A stretch of DNA of 64,000 nt from Candidatus Saccharimonadia bacterium (GCA_046597065.1 JBKJLI010000002.1:180071-244070); one strand, 5' to 3'; positions 8,235 to 19,583 are shown, counted from the stretch's first letter. The notes: a model not told the origin generated them from the sequence alone. A program made the numbers and translations.

Positions 8235-11200
8235 ATGGTAGAGATGTTAGACCAAACCGCCAGCGAGTTTAGTGCTGTTCGCCTAAGCCTGGCTAGCCCC
8301 AAGCAAATTTTAGACTGGTCGCACGGCGAAGTAGTCAAGCCAGAGACCATTAACTATCGCACCCAGAAGCCGGAAAAAGACGGTCTATTCTGCGAACGCA
8401 TTTTTGGACCAACCAAAGACTGGGAGTGCTACTGCGGTAAGTACAAGCGCATCCGCTATAAGGATGTGGTTTGTGATAAGTGTGGCGTGCGCGTAACACG
8501 CAGTATCGTGCGCCGCGAGCGCATGGGGCACATTAGCCTAGCTGTACCGGTTACTCACATCTGGTTCTTGCGAGGCACACCTTCAAGCATTGGCTTGGCC
8601 TTAAACATGAGCATTCGCGATTTAGAGCGGGTGGTGTACTTTGCTAACTATTTGGTTACCGAAGTTAACGACGAGCGTCGAAAAGCCGCTTTAAGCGATC
8701 TTGAAGCCGATTTTAAAACTCGCAGTGAGGACATTAAGAAAGATTATGACAAGCAAGCTGCTACAGCTGACGCTAACGTCAAAGAGTTAGCCGAGTCGCG
8801 TTCACGAGAAATAAGTGAACTTGAGGTCAGCTACCAGTCAGCCAAAAGTGAAATTGAGGGCCTAGAGCGATTGCAGCTACTAACCGAAAGCAAGTATCGT
8901 GATCTGAACATGAAATTTGGTGACGTCTTTAAGGCTGATATTGGGGCCGAAGCTGTGCGCAACCAACTAGCGTCAATTGATCTCGATCAGTTGGTTGAAA
9001 AGTTGACTAAAGAGGTTGAAGATTCCAGTGGCCAGAAGAAGAAAAAGACTCTCAAGCGCTTAAAGATGCTAGAAGGTTTGCGAAGTGCAGGTATTCGCCC
9101 AGAGTGGATGGTCACAACCGAGTTACCGGTAATTCCACCCGATTTACGCCCAATGGTGCAGCTTGCCGGTGGCCGTTTTGCCGCTAGCGATCTAAACGAT
9201 CTTTACCGCCGGGTGATCAACCGTAACAACCGGTTGAAGCGCTTGATAGAGCTTGATGCTCCAGAAGTGATTCGTCGAAACGAAAAGCGAATGTTGCAAG
9301 AGGCTGTAGATGCTTTGGTTGATAACAACGCACGGCGAGAGCGCGCCGTATCTAGTACCGGAACCCGCCGCAAGCTAAAGAGCTTAAGCGATATTCTTAA
9401 GGGTAAGCAAGGTCGATTCCGCCAGAACTTACTGGGTAAGCGTGTCGATTATTCCGGGCGATCGGTGATTGTTGCAGGACCAAACCTCAAACTTTACCAG
9501 TGTGGCTTGCCAAAAATGATGGCCTTAGAGCTGTTTAAGCCTTTCGTAATGTCTCGTTTAATCGAACAAGAGTTGGCTCACAACGTAAAAAGCGCTGGAC
9601 GCATGATTGAACGCGCCACCACCGAAGTGTGGGACGCCCTAGAAGAGATCATTAAGGAAAAGTATGTGCTATTAAACCGTGCACCGACACTTCACCGTCT
9701 CGGCATCCAAGCTTTCCGCCCGATCTTGATTGAGGGTAAGGCAATTCAATTGCACCCACTAGTATGTACCGCCTTTAACGCCGACTTTGACGGCGACCAA
9801 ATGGCCATACATGTGCCCCTATCAGCTGCTGCTCAGAATGAGGCTCGCACCATAATGTTGGCATCACGCAACTTGCTCAAGCCTGCCGATGGCGCAGCGG
9901 TAGTAAATCCCAGCCAGGATATCGTGTTGGGCTGTTACTTCTTAACCTATGATGGCGCAGATGCCAATGCTGAAGCTGCGATTAAGCACTTTGCTGATGA
10001 TAACGAGGCACTCTACGCCTACGAAACCGGTGTTTTGCCATTGCAAGCTCGAGTGACTATTCCAGTTGATGGGGCACGACTAGAGACTACAATTGGGCGC
10101 ATCATCTTTAATGAGGTGCTACCTAAGGGCATTGAGTTCCATAACGAAACAATGACCAAAAAGAAGCTCCAGGCTTTAGTAGCGAAAGTGTTCGTTGAGG
10201 TCGGCCCTGAAGCCACCGCCATCTTTGTAGATGATATGAAAGACCTTGGTTTTAAACACGCTACATTGTCGGGCTTATCGATCGGCGTAGATGACTTTGT
10301 AGTCCCTGCGAACAAGGAAGAGTTGATCAACGACGGTGAAAGCCAGGTAGTTGACATCGCAAACCAGTTTGAAATGGGCTTGATTACCGAAGAAGAGCGT
10401 TATCGCCGAACTATCGAAGTTTGGCAGAAGACCAACGAGATCATTAAGTCTGAACTAGAGGCCGGGTTGGCTCACACCAAGGCTACTATTGGTCTTTACA
10501 TTGACTCAGGTGCTCGTGGTGACATCAGCCAGGCTAACCAGATTTCGGGAATGCTTGGATTAGTTAACAACCCAACCGGCCGTATCATCGAACTACCAAT
10601 TCGTTCCAACTATAAAGAAGGCTTTTCGATGCTGGAGTACTTTAGCTCGACCCACGGTGCTCGCAAGGGCCTAACCGATACTGCGCTCAAGACTGCCGAA
10701 TCGGGCTACCTGACCCGCCGCTTGGTGGATGTTTCACAAGATGTCATCGTGACTCAGCCAGACTGCAAAGACACCAAAGGTACATTAATTAGCGTGCGCG
10801 AGTCTGAGGCAATTGGTGAAAGCTTCAAAGCGCGATTAGCGGGCCGGGTGGCCGCACAAGCCATCAAAACCGACGGCAAAACTTTGGTTAAGGCCGGTCA
10901 TCTAATTACCGACACCGACGCCGATGCCGTGGTTGCAGCCGGTATTGAAGAAGTACGGCTGCGCAGCATGTTAACTTGTGCCACTCATTGGGGTGTTTGC
11001 CAGAAGTGTTACGGTGTAGATCTGGCTCGCGGCAAGATGGTTGAACTTGGTGAGCCGGTTGGCGTTATCGCCGCTCAAAGCATTGGCGAGCCTGGCACGC
11101 AATTGACGATGCGTACCTTCCATAAGGGTGTGGCCGCAACCGGAGTCGATATTACTCAGGGTCTACCTCGAGTTGAGGAAATCTTTGAGGCCCGTTCACC

Positions 11201-12143
11201 TAAGGGGCAGGCGGTCTTGGCTGAAATCGATGGAATTGTCAGCGTTAAAGAAAGCGCCGGTAAATCGACCATCCGAGTAACACCTGCCAACGTAAAAATC
11301 ACCGAATATGAGCTTGGTGAACGTATCCCAGAGATTAAGACCGGTGACAAAGTGCTGGTTGGTGATGTTATGGCCGTTGATGGCAAGGGTAAGAAGGCTC
11401 TGAAAGCCAAACAAGAGGGCGTAGTTGAGGTCACCAAAGATAAGATTTTGCTAACTCACGCCGGCGGCGTGCATCGCGACCACGTGGTTCCAGCCTATCA
11501 GGCAATCGAAATTAGCAATGGAGATTTGGTGACACGTGGCCAACGGTTAACCGAAGGTTCAATCAATCTTCAAGATATGTTGACGTTGCTCGGTGAAGAG
11601 GCAGTGCAACACTACATCATTGGTGAGGTTCAATCGATTTATGCCTCGCAAGGTCAGGCGATTGCCGATAAGCATATCGAGATCATCATTCGACAAATGT
11701 TCTCGCGGGTACAGATTGAAGAGCCAGGCGATAGTTTGTTTGTAACCGGTGATATAACTTCTAAGATGGGTGTAATCGAAGAGAATGCTGAACTGGTAAC
11801 CTCCAAAAAGAAGCCGGCTACCTATGAGCAGTTACTACTACCGATCACCAAAATTTCAATTTCGTCAGATTCGTTCTTGAGCGCTGCCAGTTTCCAAGAC
11901 ACTAGCCGTGTGTTGATTGCTGCCGCTATTCGGGGTAAACGCGACAAGCTCCGGGGTCTCAAAGAGAACGTGATCATCGGCCGTTTGATTCCAGTTGGAA
12001 CCGGTTTCGGCATCGATGCTGCTGCTATCGAAGCAGCTAGAATAGCTTCTGATGCCAAGCTAGCGTTGGCTGGTGCTAAGGCCGCCGCTGCCACCGAGTT
12101 GGTCGCTGCCAATGCCGATCAACAGATTGACGAAACTAACTAA
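8235..12143 (+). CDS. rpoC: RNA polymerase beta' subunit
   Basis: NADFDGDQM catalytic motif, N-terminal Zn finger, [13 protein letters not shown]. Confidence 0.99.
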   Translation: MVEMLDQTASEFSAVRLSLASPKQILDWSHGEVVKPETINYRTQKPEKDGLFCERIFGPTKDWECYCGKYKRIRYKDVVCDKCGVRVTRSIVRRERMGHISLAVPVTHIWFLRGTPSSIGLALNMSIRDLERVVYFANYLVTEVNDERRKAALSDLEADFKTRSEDIKKDYDKQAATADANVKELAESRSREISELEVSYQSAKSEIEGLERLQLLTESKYRDLNMKFGDVFKADIGAEAVRNQLASIDLDQLVEKLTKEVEDSSGQKKKKTLKRLKMLEGLRSAGIRPEWMVTTELPVIPPDLRPMVQLAGGRFAASDLNDLYRRVINRNNRLKRLIELDAPEVIRRNEKRMLQEAVDALVDNNARRERAVSSTGTRRKLKSLSDILKGKQGRFRQNLLGKRVDYSGRSVIVAGPNLKLYQCGLPKMMALELFKPFVMSRLIEQELAHNVKSAGRMIERATTEVWDALEEIIKEKYVLLNRAPTLHRLGIQAFRPILIEGKAIQLHPLVCTAFNADFDGDQMAIHVPLSAAAQNEARTIMLASRNLLKPADGAAVVNPSQDIVLGCYFLTYDGADANAEAAIKHFADDNEALYAYETGVLPLQARVTIPVDGARLETTIGRIIFNEVLPKGIEFHNETMTKKKLQALVAKVFVEVGPEATAIFVDDMKDLGFKHATLSGLSIGVDDFVVPANKEELINDGESQVVDIANQFEMGLITEEERYRRTIEVWQKTNEIIKSELEAGLAHTKATIGLYIDSGARGDISQANQISGMLGLVNNPTGRIIELPIRSNYKEGFSMLEYFSSTHGARKGLTDTALKTAESGYLTRRLVDVSQDVIVTQPDCKDTKGTLISVRESEAIGESFKARLAGRVAAQAIKTDGKTLVKAGHLITDTDADAVVAAGIEEVRLRSMLTCATHWGVCQKCYGVDLARGKMVELGEPVGVIAAQSIGEPGTQLTMRTFHKGVAATGVDITQGLPRVEEIFEARSPKGQAVLAEIDGIVSVKESAGKSTIRVTPANVKITEYELGERIPEIKTGDKVLVGDVMAVDGKGKKALKAKQEGVVEVTKDKILLTHAGGVHRDHVVPAYQAIEISNGDLVTRGQRLTEGSINLQDMLTLLGEEAVQHYIIGEVQSIYASQGQAIADKHIEIIIRQMFSRVQIEEPGDSLFVTGDITSKMGVIEENAELVTSKKKPATYEQLLLPITKISISSDSFLSAASFQDTSRVLIAAAIRGKRDKLRGLKENVIIGRLIPVGTGFGIDAAAIEAARIASDAKLALAGAKAAAATELVAANADQQIDETN

Positions 12144-12179
12144 AGCTGATTAAATAGTCAGGTCAAACACAGGAAATCC

Positions 12180-12596
12180 ATGCCAACCATTAACCAGTTA
12201 ATTCGCAAACCCCGTCAGGATAAGGCTCGCAAGTCTAAGGTCCCGGCACTCGGTCGTACGCTCAACGCCTTAAAGGGCAAGAGTTACGATAAAGCCTCGC
12301 CCTTAAAGCGAGGGGTTTGTACTAAGGTGTCGACCACTACGCCTAAAAAGCCAAACTCGGCTTTGCGCAAGATCGCCCGTGTCCGGTTGACTAATGGCAT
12401 GGAAGTAACCGCCTACATTCCCGGAGAAGCCCATAACTTGCAAGAGCATAGTGTGGTGCTGATCCGAGGCGGTCGTGTTAAAGATCTTCCGGGTGTTCGT
12501 TACCATATTGTGCGTGGCGCCCTTGATACTGCCGGAGTCTCTGGTCGTAAGCAGGGTCGCAGCAAGTACGGAACCAAGAAAGAAAAATCCGCTTAA
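12180..12596 (+). CDS. rpsL: 30S ribosomal protein S12
   Basis: [29 protein letters not shown]. Confidence 0.99.
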   Translation: MPTINQLIRKPRQDKARKSKVPALGRTLNALKGKSYDKASPLKRGVCTKVSTTTPKKPNSALRKIARVRLTNGMEVTAYIPGEAHNLQEHSVVLIRGGRVKDLPGVRYHIVRGALDTAGVSGRKQGRSKYGTKKEKSA

Positions 12597-12663
12597 ATCA
12601 ACCAAGCAAGCCCAGCGCCAAATGGCGGCGCAGACGGGCAGTAACTCTTGAAAGGAGTGAAGC

Positions 12664-13140
12664 ATGCCACGCAAGAAAACCAAATCCTTCCAACGCGATA
12701 TCGCCCCCGATCTTCAGTATCAGAGCGTTTTGCTTTCAAAGATGATCAACAAGGTCATGAAAAGTGGCAAGAAGCGACTGGCTGAAGGCCTAATGTATGG
12801 TGCCATGGATGAGATTAAAGACAAGTTAAAAACCGAGCCACTCGAAGTTTTTGAAGGTGCTATTAAAAATGTTTCACCACAAGTGCAGGTTCGCGCCAAA
12901 CGTATTGGCGGAGCAACCTACCAGGTACCAATGGAAGTTCGTGGTGACCGCAAAATTCATCTTGCCATGGTCTGGATATTAACTGCAGCCCGGGCCAAAT
13001 CCGGTAGCTCCTTTGATAAGCGGTTAGCCCGCGAGCTGATGGATGCATACAACAACACTGGCGATGCCATCAAGAAAAAAGAAGATACCCACCGCATGGC
13101 CGAAGCCAACAAAGCTTTTGCTCACTTTGCGCGATATTAA
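12664..13140 (+). CDS. rpsG: 30S ribosomal protein S7
   Basis: RIGGATYQVP, HRMAEANKAFAH. Confidence 0.99.
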   Translation: MPRKKTKSFQRDIAPDLQYQSVLLSKMINKVMKSGKKRLAEGLMYGAMDEIKDKLKTEPLEVFEGAIKNVSPQVQVRAKRIGGATYQVPMEVRGDRKIHLAMVWILTAARAKSGSSFDKRLARELMDAYNNTGDAIKKKEDTHRMAEANKAFAHFARY

Positions 13141-13170
13141 CCACTAATTTAGAGGGAAGAGACCAACCCC

Positions 13171-15258
13171 ATGGCCCGAGAGTATAGTTTAGAAAACACC
13201 CGTAACATTGGCATTATTGCCCACATCGACGCTGGTAAAACAACCGTTACCGAGCGGGTACTCTACTACACCGGTAAAACCCACAAAATAGGTGAGGTTC
13301 ACCAGGGTGAAGCCACGATGGACTGGATGGAGCAAGAGCAGGAGCGCGGAATTACCATTACCAGCGCTGCTACAACCTGTTTTTGGGATGGTCATCGCAT
13401 TAATATTATTGATACGCCAGGTCACGTTGACTTTACAGTTGAGGTTGAGCGAAGCTTGCGCGTACTTGATGGTGGCGCGGCCATTTTTGACGGCGTTGCT
13501 GGCGTTGAGCCGCAAAGTGAAACGGTTTGGCGTCAGGCTGACAAGTATGAGGTACCGCGCATCTGTTTCATTAACAAGATGGACCGAACAGGTGCTGATT
13601 TTTACGCCGATGTTAAGAGCATCCACACTCGTTTAAGCAAGAACGCTGTAGTGATCCAGCTGCCGATTGGCTCCGAGGCTAGTTTTGCTGGCATTATCGA
13701 CTTAGTCAAAATGAACGCGGTCGTTTTTAAAGATGATATGGGTAAGGTATTCGAGGTGGTTGAGATCCCCGAAAACATGAAGGCCGATGCCAGCAAGTAT
13801 CGCGCCATGTTGCTAGAACGGGTGGCCGAAACCGACGAGGAGCTGCTCAACACATTTATTGAGACCAATGATCTTAGCGAGGAGCAGATTGTAAAAGGTC
13901 TGCGCAAAGCCACTTTGGCCAACCAGCTTTACCCAGTACTGTGTGGATCGGCATTAAAAAATAAAGGCGTGCAACAGCTGTTAGACGCTGTAAACGCTTA
14001 TCTCCCCAGCCCGCTGGATGTCGGCCCGGTAAGTGGCACCGACCCTAAGACCGGCGACGAGATTACCCGTGAGCCTAGCGATAGCGAGCCATTTAGCGCC
14101 TTAGCGTTTAAAATCGCCGCCGATCCCTTTGTAGGTAAGCTGGCTTTCTTTAGGGTATATTCCGGTAGCCTAAAGTCAGGATCGTACGTTTTAAATTCGA
14201 GTACAGGTGAAAAAGAGCGCATTGGACGAGTTCTCCGCATGCACGCGAATAGTCGCGAAGAGGTTCAAGAGGTGTTCTCTGGTGAAATCGCCGCCGCTGT
14301 GGGCCTAAAGAATACCATTACCGGCCATACGCTTAGCGATACGGCCAAACCAATTATTCTAGAATCAATCACCTTCCCAGAGCCGGTTATCCAGATCGCA
14401 ATTGAACCTAAAACTAAGGCTGATCAAGAAAAAATGAGTATAGCGCTGCAACGCTTGGCCGAGGAAGATCCAACGTTTCGCGTTCAAAGTGATCATGAAA
14501 CCGGGCAGACCTTAATAAATGGTATGGGTGAGCTTCATTTAGACATCATCGTAGATCGGATGAAGCGTGAGTTTAAGGTTGAGGCAAATATTGGTAAACC
14601 CCAAGTTGCTTATCGTGAAACCATTCGTAAAGCTGCCAAAGAGCAGGGTAAGTTTGTACGTCAGTCGGGTGGCCGTGGTCAGTACGGCGACGTCTGGCTT
14701 GAGCTTTCACCGCAAGAGCCGGGCGATGGTTTCGAATTTGAAAATGCTATTGTTGGTGGCGCCATTCCGCGTGAGTTTATTAAGCCGGTTGAACAGGGGG
14801 TAAAAGAGGCCATGCAAAATGGCGTACTGGCCGGTTATCCAGTGGTAGATGTAAAAGTAAAGCTTTATGACGGTTCATACCATGACGTTGACTCGAATGA
14901 AATGGCCTTTAAAATTGCAGGTTCGATGGGCTTTCAAGCCGCTGCTAAAAAGGCGGATCCGGTAATTCTAGAGCCAATCATGAAGGTAGAGGTGACTACA
15001 CCAGAAGAGTTCATGGGCGATGTCATTGGCGATTTAAATAGTAAGCGTGGCCGCATCCAGGAAATGACCGATCGTGGCCAGGCAAAGGTTGTTAGTGCAT
15101 ACGTACCACTTGGTGAAATGTTCGGTTATACCACCACCCTACGATCAATGACGCAAGGGCGAGCAAGTAACTCAATGGAGTTTGATCACTACGAGGCTGT
15201 TCCACCCAACGTAGCCGAAGAGATCATTGGCAAACGTGCTGCGGATAAAAGCGCCTAA
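13171..15258 (+). CDS. fusA: Elongation factor G
   Basis: [34 protein letters not shown]. Confidence 0.99.
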   Translation: MAREYSLENTRNIGIIAHIDAGKTTVTERVLYYTGKTHKIGEVHQGEATMDWMEQEQERGITITSAATTCFWDGHRINIIDTPGHVDFTVEVERSLRVLDGGAAIFDGVAGVEPQSETVWRQADKYEVPRICFINKMDRTGADFYADVKSIHTRLSKNAVVIQLPIGSEASFAGIIDLVKMNAVVFKDDMGKVFEVVEIPENMKADASKYRAMLLERVAETDEELLNTFIETNDLSEEQIVKGLRKATLANQLYPVLCGSALKNKGVQQLLDAVNAYLPSPLDVGPVSGTDPKTGDEITREPSDSEPFSALAFKIAADPFVGKLAFFRVYSGSLKSGSYVLNSSTGEKERIGRVLRMHANSREEVQEVFSGEIAAAVGLKNTITGHTLSDTAKPIILESITFPEPVIQIAIEPKTKADQEKMSIALQRLAEEDPTFRVQSDHETGQTLINGMGELHLDIIVDRMKREFKVEANIGKPQVAYRETIRKAAKEQGKFVRQSGGRGQYGDVWLELSPQEPGDGFEFENAIVGGAIPREFIKPVEQGVKEAMQNGVLAGYPVVDVKVKLYDGSYHDVDSNEMAFKIAGSMGFQAAAKKADPVILEPIMKVEVTTPEEFMGDVIGDLNSKRGRIQEMTDRGQAKVVSAYVPLGEMFGYTTTLRSMTQGRASNSMEFDHYEAVPPNVAEEIIGKRAADKSA

Positions 15259-15266
15259 GTAACCTC

Positions 15267-15295
15267 TTTACAAGGTGGTTTTTACTCCTTATACT
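15267..15295 (+). promoter_or_regulatory. Internal tuf promoter
   Basis: TTTACA-17-TATACT. Confidence 0.75.
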
Positions 15296-15394
15296 TAGGA
15301 GGTCCAATTGGGCGATAATTTTTATTGTCCAAAAACGAGAAGGCCGAGGTCTTCTAGTAATAGATAGAAATGATAGCAAACTTAAGGAGAAATA

Positions 15395-16570
15395 ATGGCT
15401 GAGTTTAAACGAGATAAGCCCCACGTTAACGTAGGTACCATGGGTCATGTTGATCATGGCAAAACCACTTTAACTGCCGCCATCACCGCGGTGTTGGCCA
15501 AGCGCCTACCAGATGATATTAACAAGCCGGTCGCTTACGACCAGATTGATAACGCCCCCGAAGAGCGCCAGCGTGGTATCACCATTGCTACCTCTCACCA
15601 AGAGTACAACTCAGCCAAGCGACACTACGCCCACGTTGATATGCCCGGTCACGCTGATTATGTAAAGAACATGATTACCGGTGCCGCTCAGATCGATGGA
15701 GCCATTTTAGTAGTTTCGGCCGCCGACGGCCCAATGCCCCAAACTCGTGAGCACTTGTTGTTGGCACGTCAGGTTGGCGTACCTTACGTATTGGTCTTCA
15801 TGAACAAGATGGACACAGCAGATGCTGAGCTAGCGGAGCTGGTAGAAATCGAAATTCGCGAGCTGTTAGCTAAGGAGGGCTTCGACGAGAACGCTCCGAT
15901 TATCAAGGGCTCAGCTCTTAAAGCGCTAGAAGGCGACGAGAAGTATGAAGATGCGATCATGGAATTGGTTGAGGCTATGGACGAAAGTGTCCCAGAGCCA
16001 AAGCGTGAAGTTGATAAGCCATTCTTAATGCCTATCGAAGACGTTTTCTCGATTAAGGGTCGTGGCACCGTTGCCACCGGGCGCATTGAGCAAGGCAAGT
16101 TACACGTCAACGATGAAGTTGAAATTGTTGGTATCAAGGATTCCCGCAAAACCGTCGTAACCGGTGTTGAAATGTTCAAGAAACTACTGCCAGATGCTCA
16201 CGCCGGCGATAATGTTGGTGCATTGCTGCGCGGCATCGAACGCACCGATATTGAGCGTGGACAAGTACTAGCCAAGCCAGGTTCTATTACTCCCCATACC
16301 GAATTCGAGTGTGAGGTTTATGTTTTGAAGAAAGAGGAGGGTGGTCGACACACTCCATTCCTAAAGGGCTACAAGCCACAGTTTTACATCCGTACCACCG
16401 ATGTTACCGGAGAGATCCAGTTCGAAGGTGAAATGGTGATGCCAGGTGATACCGTTCAAATGAAGGTTAAGCTGATTGCTCCGATTGCCATGGACGATGG
16501 TTTGCGTTTCGCTATCCGTGAAGGCGGCCGAACAGTCGGCGCCGGCGTGGTAACAAAGATTACCAAGTAG
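15395..16570 (+). CDS. tuf: Elongation factor Tu
   Basis: [37 protein letters not shown]. Confidence 0.99.
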   Translation: MAEFKRDKPHVNVGTMGHVDHGKTTLTAAITAVLAKRLPDDINKPVAYDQIDNAPEERQRGITIATSHQEYNSAKRHYAHVDMPGHADYVKNMITGAAQIDGAILVVSAADGPMPQTREHLLLARQVGVPYVLVFMNKMDTADAELAELVEIEIRELLAKEGFDENAPIIKGSALKALEGDEKYEDAIMELVEAMDESVPEPKREVDKPFLMPIEDVFSIKGRGTVATGRIEQGKLHVNDEVEIVGIKDSRKTVVTGVEMFKKLLPDAHAGDNVGALLRGIERTDIERGQVLAKPGSITPHTEFECEVYVLKKEEGGRHTPFLKGYKPQFYIRTTDVTGEIQFEGEMVMPGDTVQMKVKLIAPIAMDDGLRFAIREGGRTVGAGVVTKITK

Positions 16571-16583
16571 ATCGAATAGCCCG

Positions 16584-16910
16584 ATGGCCAAAGACGAAAC
16601 AGCACCTAAACAACGAATCCGCATCCGCCTAAAAGCCTATGATAACAAAGTCATAGACCAGTCGGCTAAGCAGATTCTTGATACCGCCACACGTACTGGT
16701 GCCAAAGTAGCTGGACCGATACCACTGCCCACTGAGCGAGTGGTTACTACGGTTATCAAAAGTCCGCATATTTTCAAAAAAGGTCGCGAGCAGTTTGAAA
16801 TGCGCACACATAAACGGCTGATAGATATCACCGAACCAACCGCTAAAACTGTTGATTCGCTGATGAACCTGAATCTACCAGCAGGAGTCGACATCGAAAT
16901 AAAGATGTAG
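16584..16910 (+). CDS. rpsJ: 30S ribosomal protein S10
   Basis: [30 protein letters not shown]. Confidence 0.99.
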   Translation: MAKDETAPKQRIRIRLKAYDNKVIDQSAKQILDTATRTGAKVAGPIPLPTERVVTTVIKSPHIFKKGREQFEMRTHKRLIDITEPTAKTVDSLMNLNLPAGVDIEIKM

Positions 16911-16929
16911 GTTTCGTTTCCCAATCAAT

Positions 16930-16952
16930 AGCCGCCTCCGGGCGGCTTTTTT
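16930..16952 (+). terminator. Rho-independent terminator after rpsJ
   Basis: AGCCGCC-TCCG-GGCGGCT followed by a T run. Confidence 0.9.
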
Positions 16953-16959
16953 GGTTGGC

Positions 16960-16988
16960 TTGCATAAAAAAAGCATTAGCGTTATGTT
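16960..16988 (+). promoter_or_regulatory. Aquaporin promoter
   Basis: TTGCAT-17-TATGTT with GCATTAGC in the spacer. Confidence 0.6.
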
Positions 16989-17011
16989 AAGGCTATAAAT
17001 GGAGTACGTTA

Positions 17012-17638
17012 ATGAGGCGTTACACAGTTGAGTTTATTGGTACATTTTTTCTGTTATTAACCGTTGGATTATCTGCTAATCCATTGGCTATAGGGGCGGT
17101 ATTGGCGGCATTGGTTTACGTGGGTGGTTACATATCCGGCGCGCATTACAACCCAGCAGTAACGCTTGCTGTAGTTATGCGTGGCAAGCTTAGCAGCAAC
17201 GACGGCTTAAAGTATGTGCTAGCACAATTATTAGGTGCGGTGGCAGCGGCAGCGGCATTCTTTTCGATCAAGGGAGAAATTCTAGCTGTGGCACCGGCGG
17301 GAGGAATAGATTTTAACACCGCCCTGCTGGTTGAAATCTTGTTCACTTTCTTACTTGCCTTTACTGTCCTAAATGTTGCCACCAGCAAAAAAACCGATGG
17401 TAACCAGTATTACGGCTTGGCAATTGGCCTAGCCCTAATGGTCGGCGCATTCAGCGGTGGATCGATTTCGGGTGGCGCCTTCAATCCTGCAGTTGGTGTT
17501 GGCCCGCTATTCTTTAACATCAGCGAATTTAGCCAGCACTGGAGCGACTTTTGGCTGTATCTAATAGGCCCATTGGCTGGCGGCGCCTTGGCCGCACTGG
17601 TATTTAGAGCAATCACGCCCGATAGTGAGCTTAAATAG
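17012..17638 (+). CDS. MIP-family channel (aquaporin-like)
   Basis: ISGAHYNPAVT and ISGGAFNPAVG boxes, six hydrophobic segments. Confidence 0.95.
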   Translation: MRRYTVEFIGTFFLLLTVGLSANPLAIGAVLAALVYVGGYISGAHYNPAVTLAVVMRGKLSSNDGLKYVLAQLLGAVAAAAAFFSIKGEILAVAPAGGIDFNTALLVEILFTFLLAFTVLNVATSKKTDGNQYYGLAIGLALMVGAFSGGSISGGAFNPAVGVGPLFFNISEFSQHWSDFWLYLIGPLAGGALAALVFRAITPDSELK

Positions 17639-17712
17639 ATTAAATACAGCACGTTAGTGCATTATTACAAAAAGCAGTAATAATATTAACTAAAATTAGT
17701 AAGAAACAACTA

Positions 17713-17783
17713 ATGCTTTCATCTCCACCTGAGAGCAATCTTAAGTTACGTTTAATTAAGTGGAGGTATTTGCATGAAAGCAT
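17713..17783 (+). ncRNA. SD- and AUG-sequestering 5'-UTR structure of the HdeD-family gene
   Basis: ATGCTTTCAT/ATGAAAGCAT (10 bp perfect) plus CTCCAC/GTGGAG, with an internal GCAA tetraloop hairpin. Confidence 0.6.
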
Positions 17784-18319
17784 ACCTAAATAACATCTGG
17801 TGGATGTTGGTCGTACGCGGGCTGCTGCTGCTCGTATTCGGCTTTATCGCTATATTTTGGCCCGGCCTAACCGCCTATGCCTTTTTAGTGGCTTTTGCCA
17901 TCTATGTCATATTAGCCGGCGTTATTAACGTTGTAACCAGCTTAACCGGCGTCGGCCGAATGTCGCTTTGGTTTTTAGAGCTAGTGCTGGGCGTGTTCCA
18001 GGTTGGAATTGGTATTTATGCCATTCGTCAGCCGGGCGTAACTTTGGCCACCTTGATTGTGTTGGTTGGTCTGACATTCGTGGTTCGGGGTATATTTGAA
18101 ATTGTTTCGGCATTTACCGATGAGTCGAATTCAAATACCAAGGCGCTCACAACCGTAGCGGGCATTCTTAGCCTTGCCACCGGAGTGGTGGTATGGTTTT
18201 ACCCTGCAGCCAGCGGATTAGCCTTCGTTTGGATCATTGGCGCATACGCGTTAATTTCTGGCCCGGTGTTAATCGCTCTTGGGTTAGATACCAAAGCGCT
18301 AGCTAGCCGTAGCGTTTAG
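17774..18319 (+). CDS. HdeD/DUF308-family membrane protein
   Basis: WWMLVVRG..LLVFG..AIFWPG and a repeated G-rich TM hairpin pattern; GGAGG SD. Confidence 0.88.
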   Translation: MKAYLNNIWWMLVVRGLLLLVFGFIAIFWPGLTAYAFLVAFAIYVILAGVINVVTSLTGVGRMSLWFLELVLGVFQVGIGIYAIRQPGVTLATLIVLVGLTFVVRGIFEIVSAFTDESNSNTKALTTVAGILSLATGVVVWFYPAASGLAFVWIIGAYALISGPVLIALGLDTKALASRSV

Positions 18320-18341
18320 TTTAGTTCTAGCAGACGATTTT

Positions 18342-18365
18342 AAAGGGAGCCATGTGGCTCCCTTT
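18342..18365 (+). terminator. Terminator hairpin
   Basis: AAAGGGAGCC-ATGT-GGCTCCCTTT. Confidence 0.75.
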
Positions 18366-18375
18366 GGCGTTTTGG

Positions 18376-18404
18376 TTGCATCGACTTAGCATAAGCGCTA
18401 TTAT
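18376..18404 (+). promoter_or_regulatory. Promoter of the miniprotein / membrane-protein pair
   Basis: TTGCAT-17-TATTAT with GCATAAGC in the spacer. Confidence 0.65.
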
Positions 18405-18439
18405 CAGATTACAAATAGCAAAAAAGAGGATTTATAATT

Positions 18440-18562
18440 ATGGCAAAGAAAATCTGCAAAGATTGCAAATCAGCGGTAGAGGTTAAGGCCTGCCGTAATG
18501 CCAGTTGTCGCCACAAGGCTAGCTCACATGGCCACTGCGCCAAGGGCCATCACGTAAAGTAG
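18440..18562 (+). CDS. 40-aa Cys/His-rich miniprotein (not in ORF track)
   Basis: MAKKICKDCKSAVEVKACRNASCRHKASSHGHCAKGHHVK*; GAGGA SD 9 nt upstream; fills the gap between a promoter and the next gene. Confidence 0.8.
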   Translation: MAKKICKDCKSAVEVKACRNASCRHKASSHGHCAKGHHVK

Positions 18563-18574
18563 GCTGTTATAAGC

Positions 18575-19033
18575 ATGACCACCAAACGGCGTCGAGTTAC
18601 TCGTAGTGGCAATAGAAACACTATTGCAGCCGGGTTTGGTAATCGCCGCTGGTACAATCTGCCCGATTGGGCTCGGATATGGCTATGCGACGCCGCCGGC
18701 TGGATTGCCCTGGCTTTAGCCTTAATTCTGTCGCCTACAGCGCTTTTAGCAGTTGTCTTGGGGGTTCACGCCTTACCATTAGAGTTTTTTGGAATACCTG
18801 GAACAGCCAACGGCGTAGGCTTAGCTGCTGTTGCCCTAATTATGCAGTTTGGGCTGTTAGCTTTATCGGTTAAGCCGTTATTCGCAAAACGTCGAGTGGG
18901 TTGGGGATGGTTATTGGCCGCGGCGGTTGTGCATCTGGGTCAAAGCATCCTGTTGCAGCATGCCATAACCGGAACAATGCAGTTGTTGATCGCTATATAT
19001 ATCTATTGGCAGGTTAGGCCTCGATTTAAGTAA
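18575..19033 (+). CDS. Hypothetical membrane protein (paralog of 19096)
   Basis: About 4 TM segments; LP...R.W, LFA.R..GW and C-terminal Y..WQVR..FK shared with the next gene. Confidence 0.8.
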   Translation: MTTKRRRVTRSGNRNTIAAGFGNRRWYNLPDWARIWLCDAAGWIALALALILSPTALLAVVLGVHALPLEFFGIPGTANGVGLAAVALIMQFGLLALSVKPLFAKRRVGWGWLLAAAVVHLGQSILLQHAITGTMQLLIAIYIYWQVRPRFK

Positions 19034-19038
19034 GAAAA

Positions 19039-19067
19039 TTGGAATATTTAAGCTTAAGTAGTATGAT
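19039..19067 (+). promoter_or_regulatory. Promoter of 19096
   Basis: TTGGAA-17-TATGAT with GCTTAAGT in the spacer. Confidence 0.55.
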
Positions 19068-19095
19068 TGGCTTAAGTAAGCGGGAATTTTGAATC

Positions 19096-19566
19096 ATGGC
19101 AGAAAAAGCACACAAAGCATCGGGTGAAAAGCCACCCCAAGATGTAATGGGATGGCTGGAATATTACTTAGTTAAGAAAGCGCCGGTGCAGTTACCAGTT
19201 GGCGCCAAGGACTGGATCGTAAGGTATATGCCTTGGATCAACGTGGTAATTTTGGTGATTTTATCACCTGCAATTTTATTGGCACTAGGCATCGGCGTCA
19301 TAGCGCTGCCATTCAGTGCGCTGGCAGGTGTAGGCGCAGCAACCGGATTATCGATAGCCCTAGCGGCTTTAGTAGTAGAGATAATCCTCATGATTATGGC
19401 GCTGCCGGGTTTATTCGCGCGTAAAATAAGCGGTTGGAATCTTACCTTTTATTCGGTGGTGGCTAGCTTGGCACACTCGATATTAGTATTTAATGTATTC
19501 GGTGGGTTGGTGTCGGCTGTGATTGGTGCATACGTGCTTTTCCAAATACGCAGTTACTACAAGTAA
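19096..19566 (+). CDS. Hypothetical membrane protein
   Basis: KKAPVQLP..AKDWIV...PW, PGLFARK..GW, YVLFQIRSYYK; about 4 TM segments. Confidence 0.85.
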   Translation: MAEKAHKASGEKPPQDVMGWLEYYLVKKAPVQLPVGAKDWIVRYMPWINVVILVILSPAILLALGIGVIALPFSALAGVGAATGLSIALAALVVEIILMIMALPGLFARKISGWNLTFYSVVASLAHSILVFNVFGGLVSAVIGAYVLFQIRSYYK

Positions 19567-19583
19567 TTCAGATATAACTTCTC

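Noticed and set aside
4512-16924. Many short antisense or alternate-frame ORFs over rpoB, rpoC, fusA and tuf (and over the r-protein genes further on)
   Set aside because: Expected shadows of codon bias in conserved genes; no SDs or motifs
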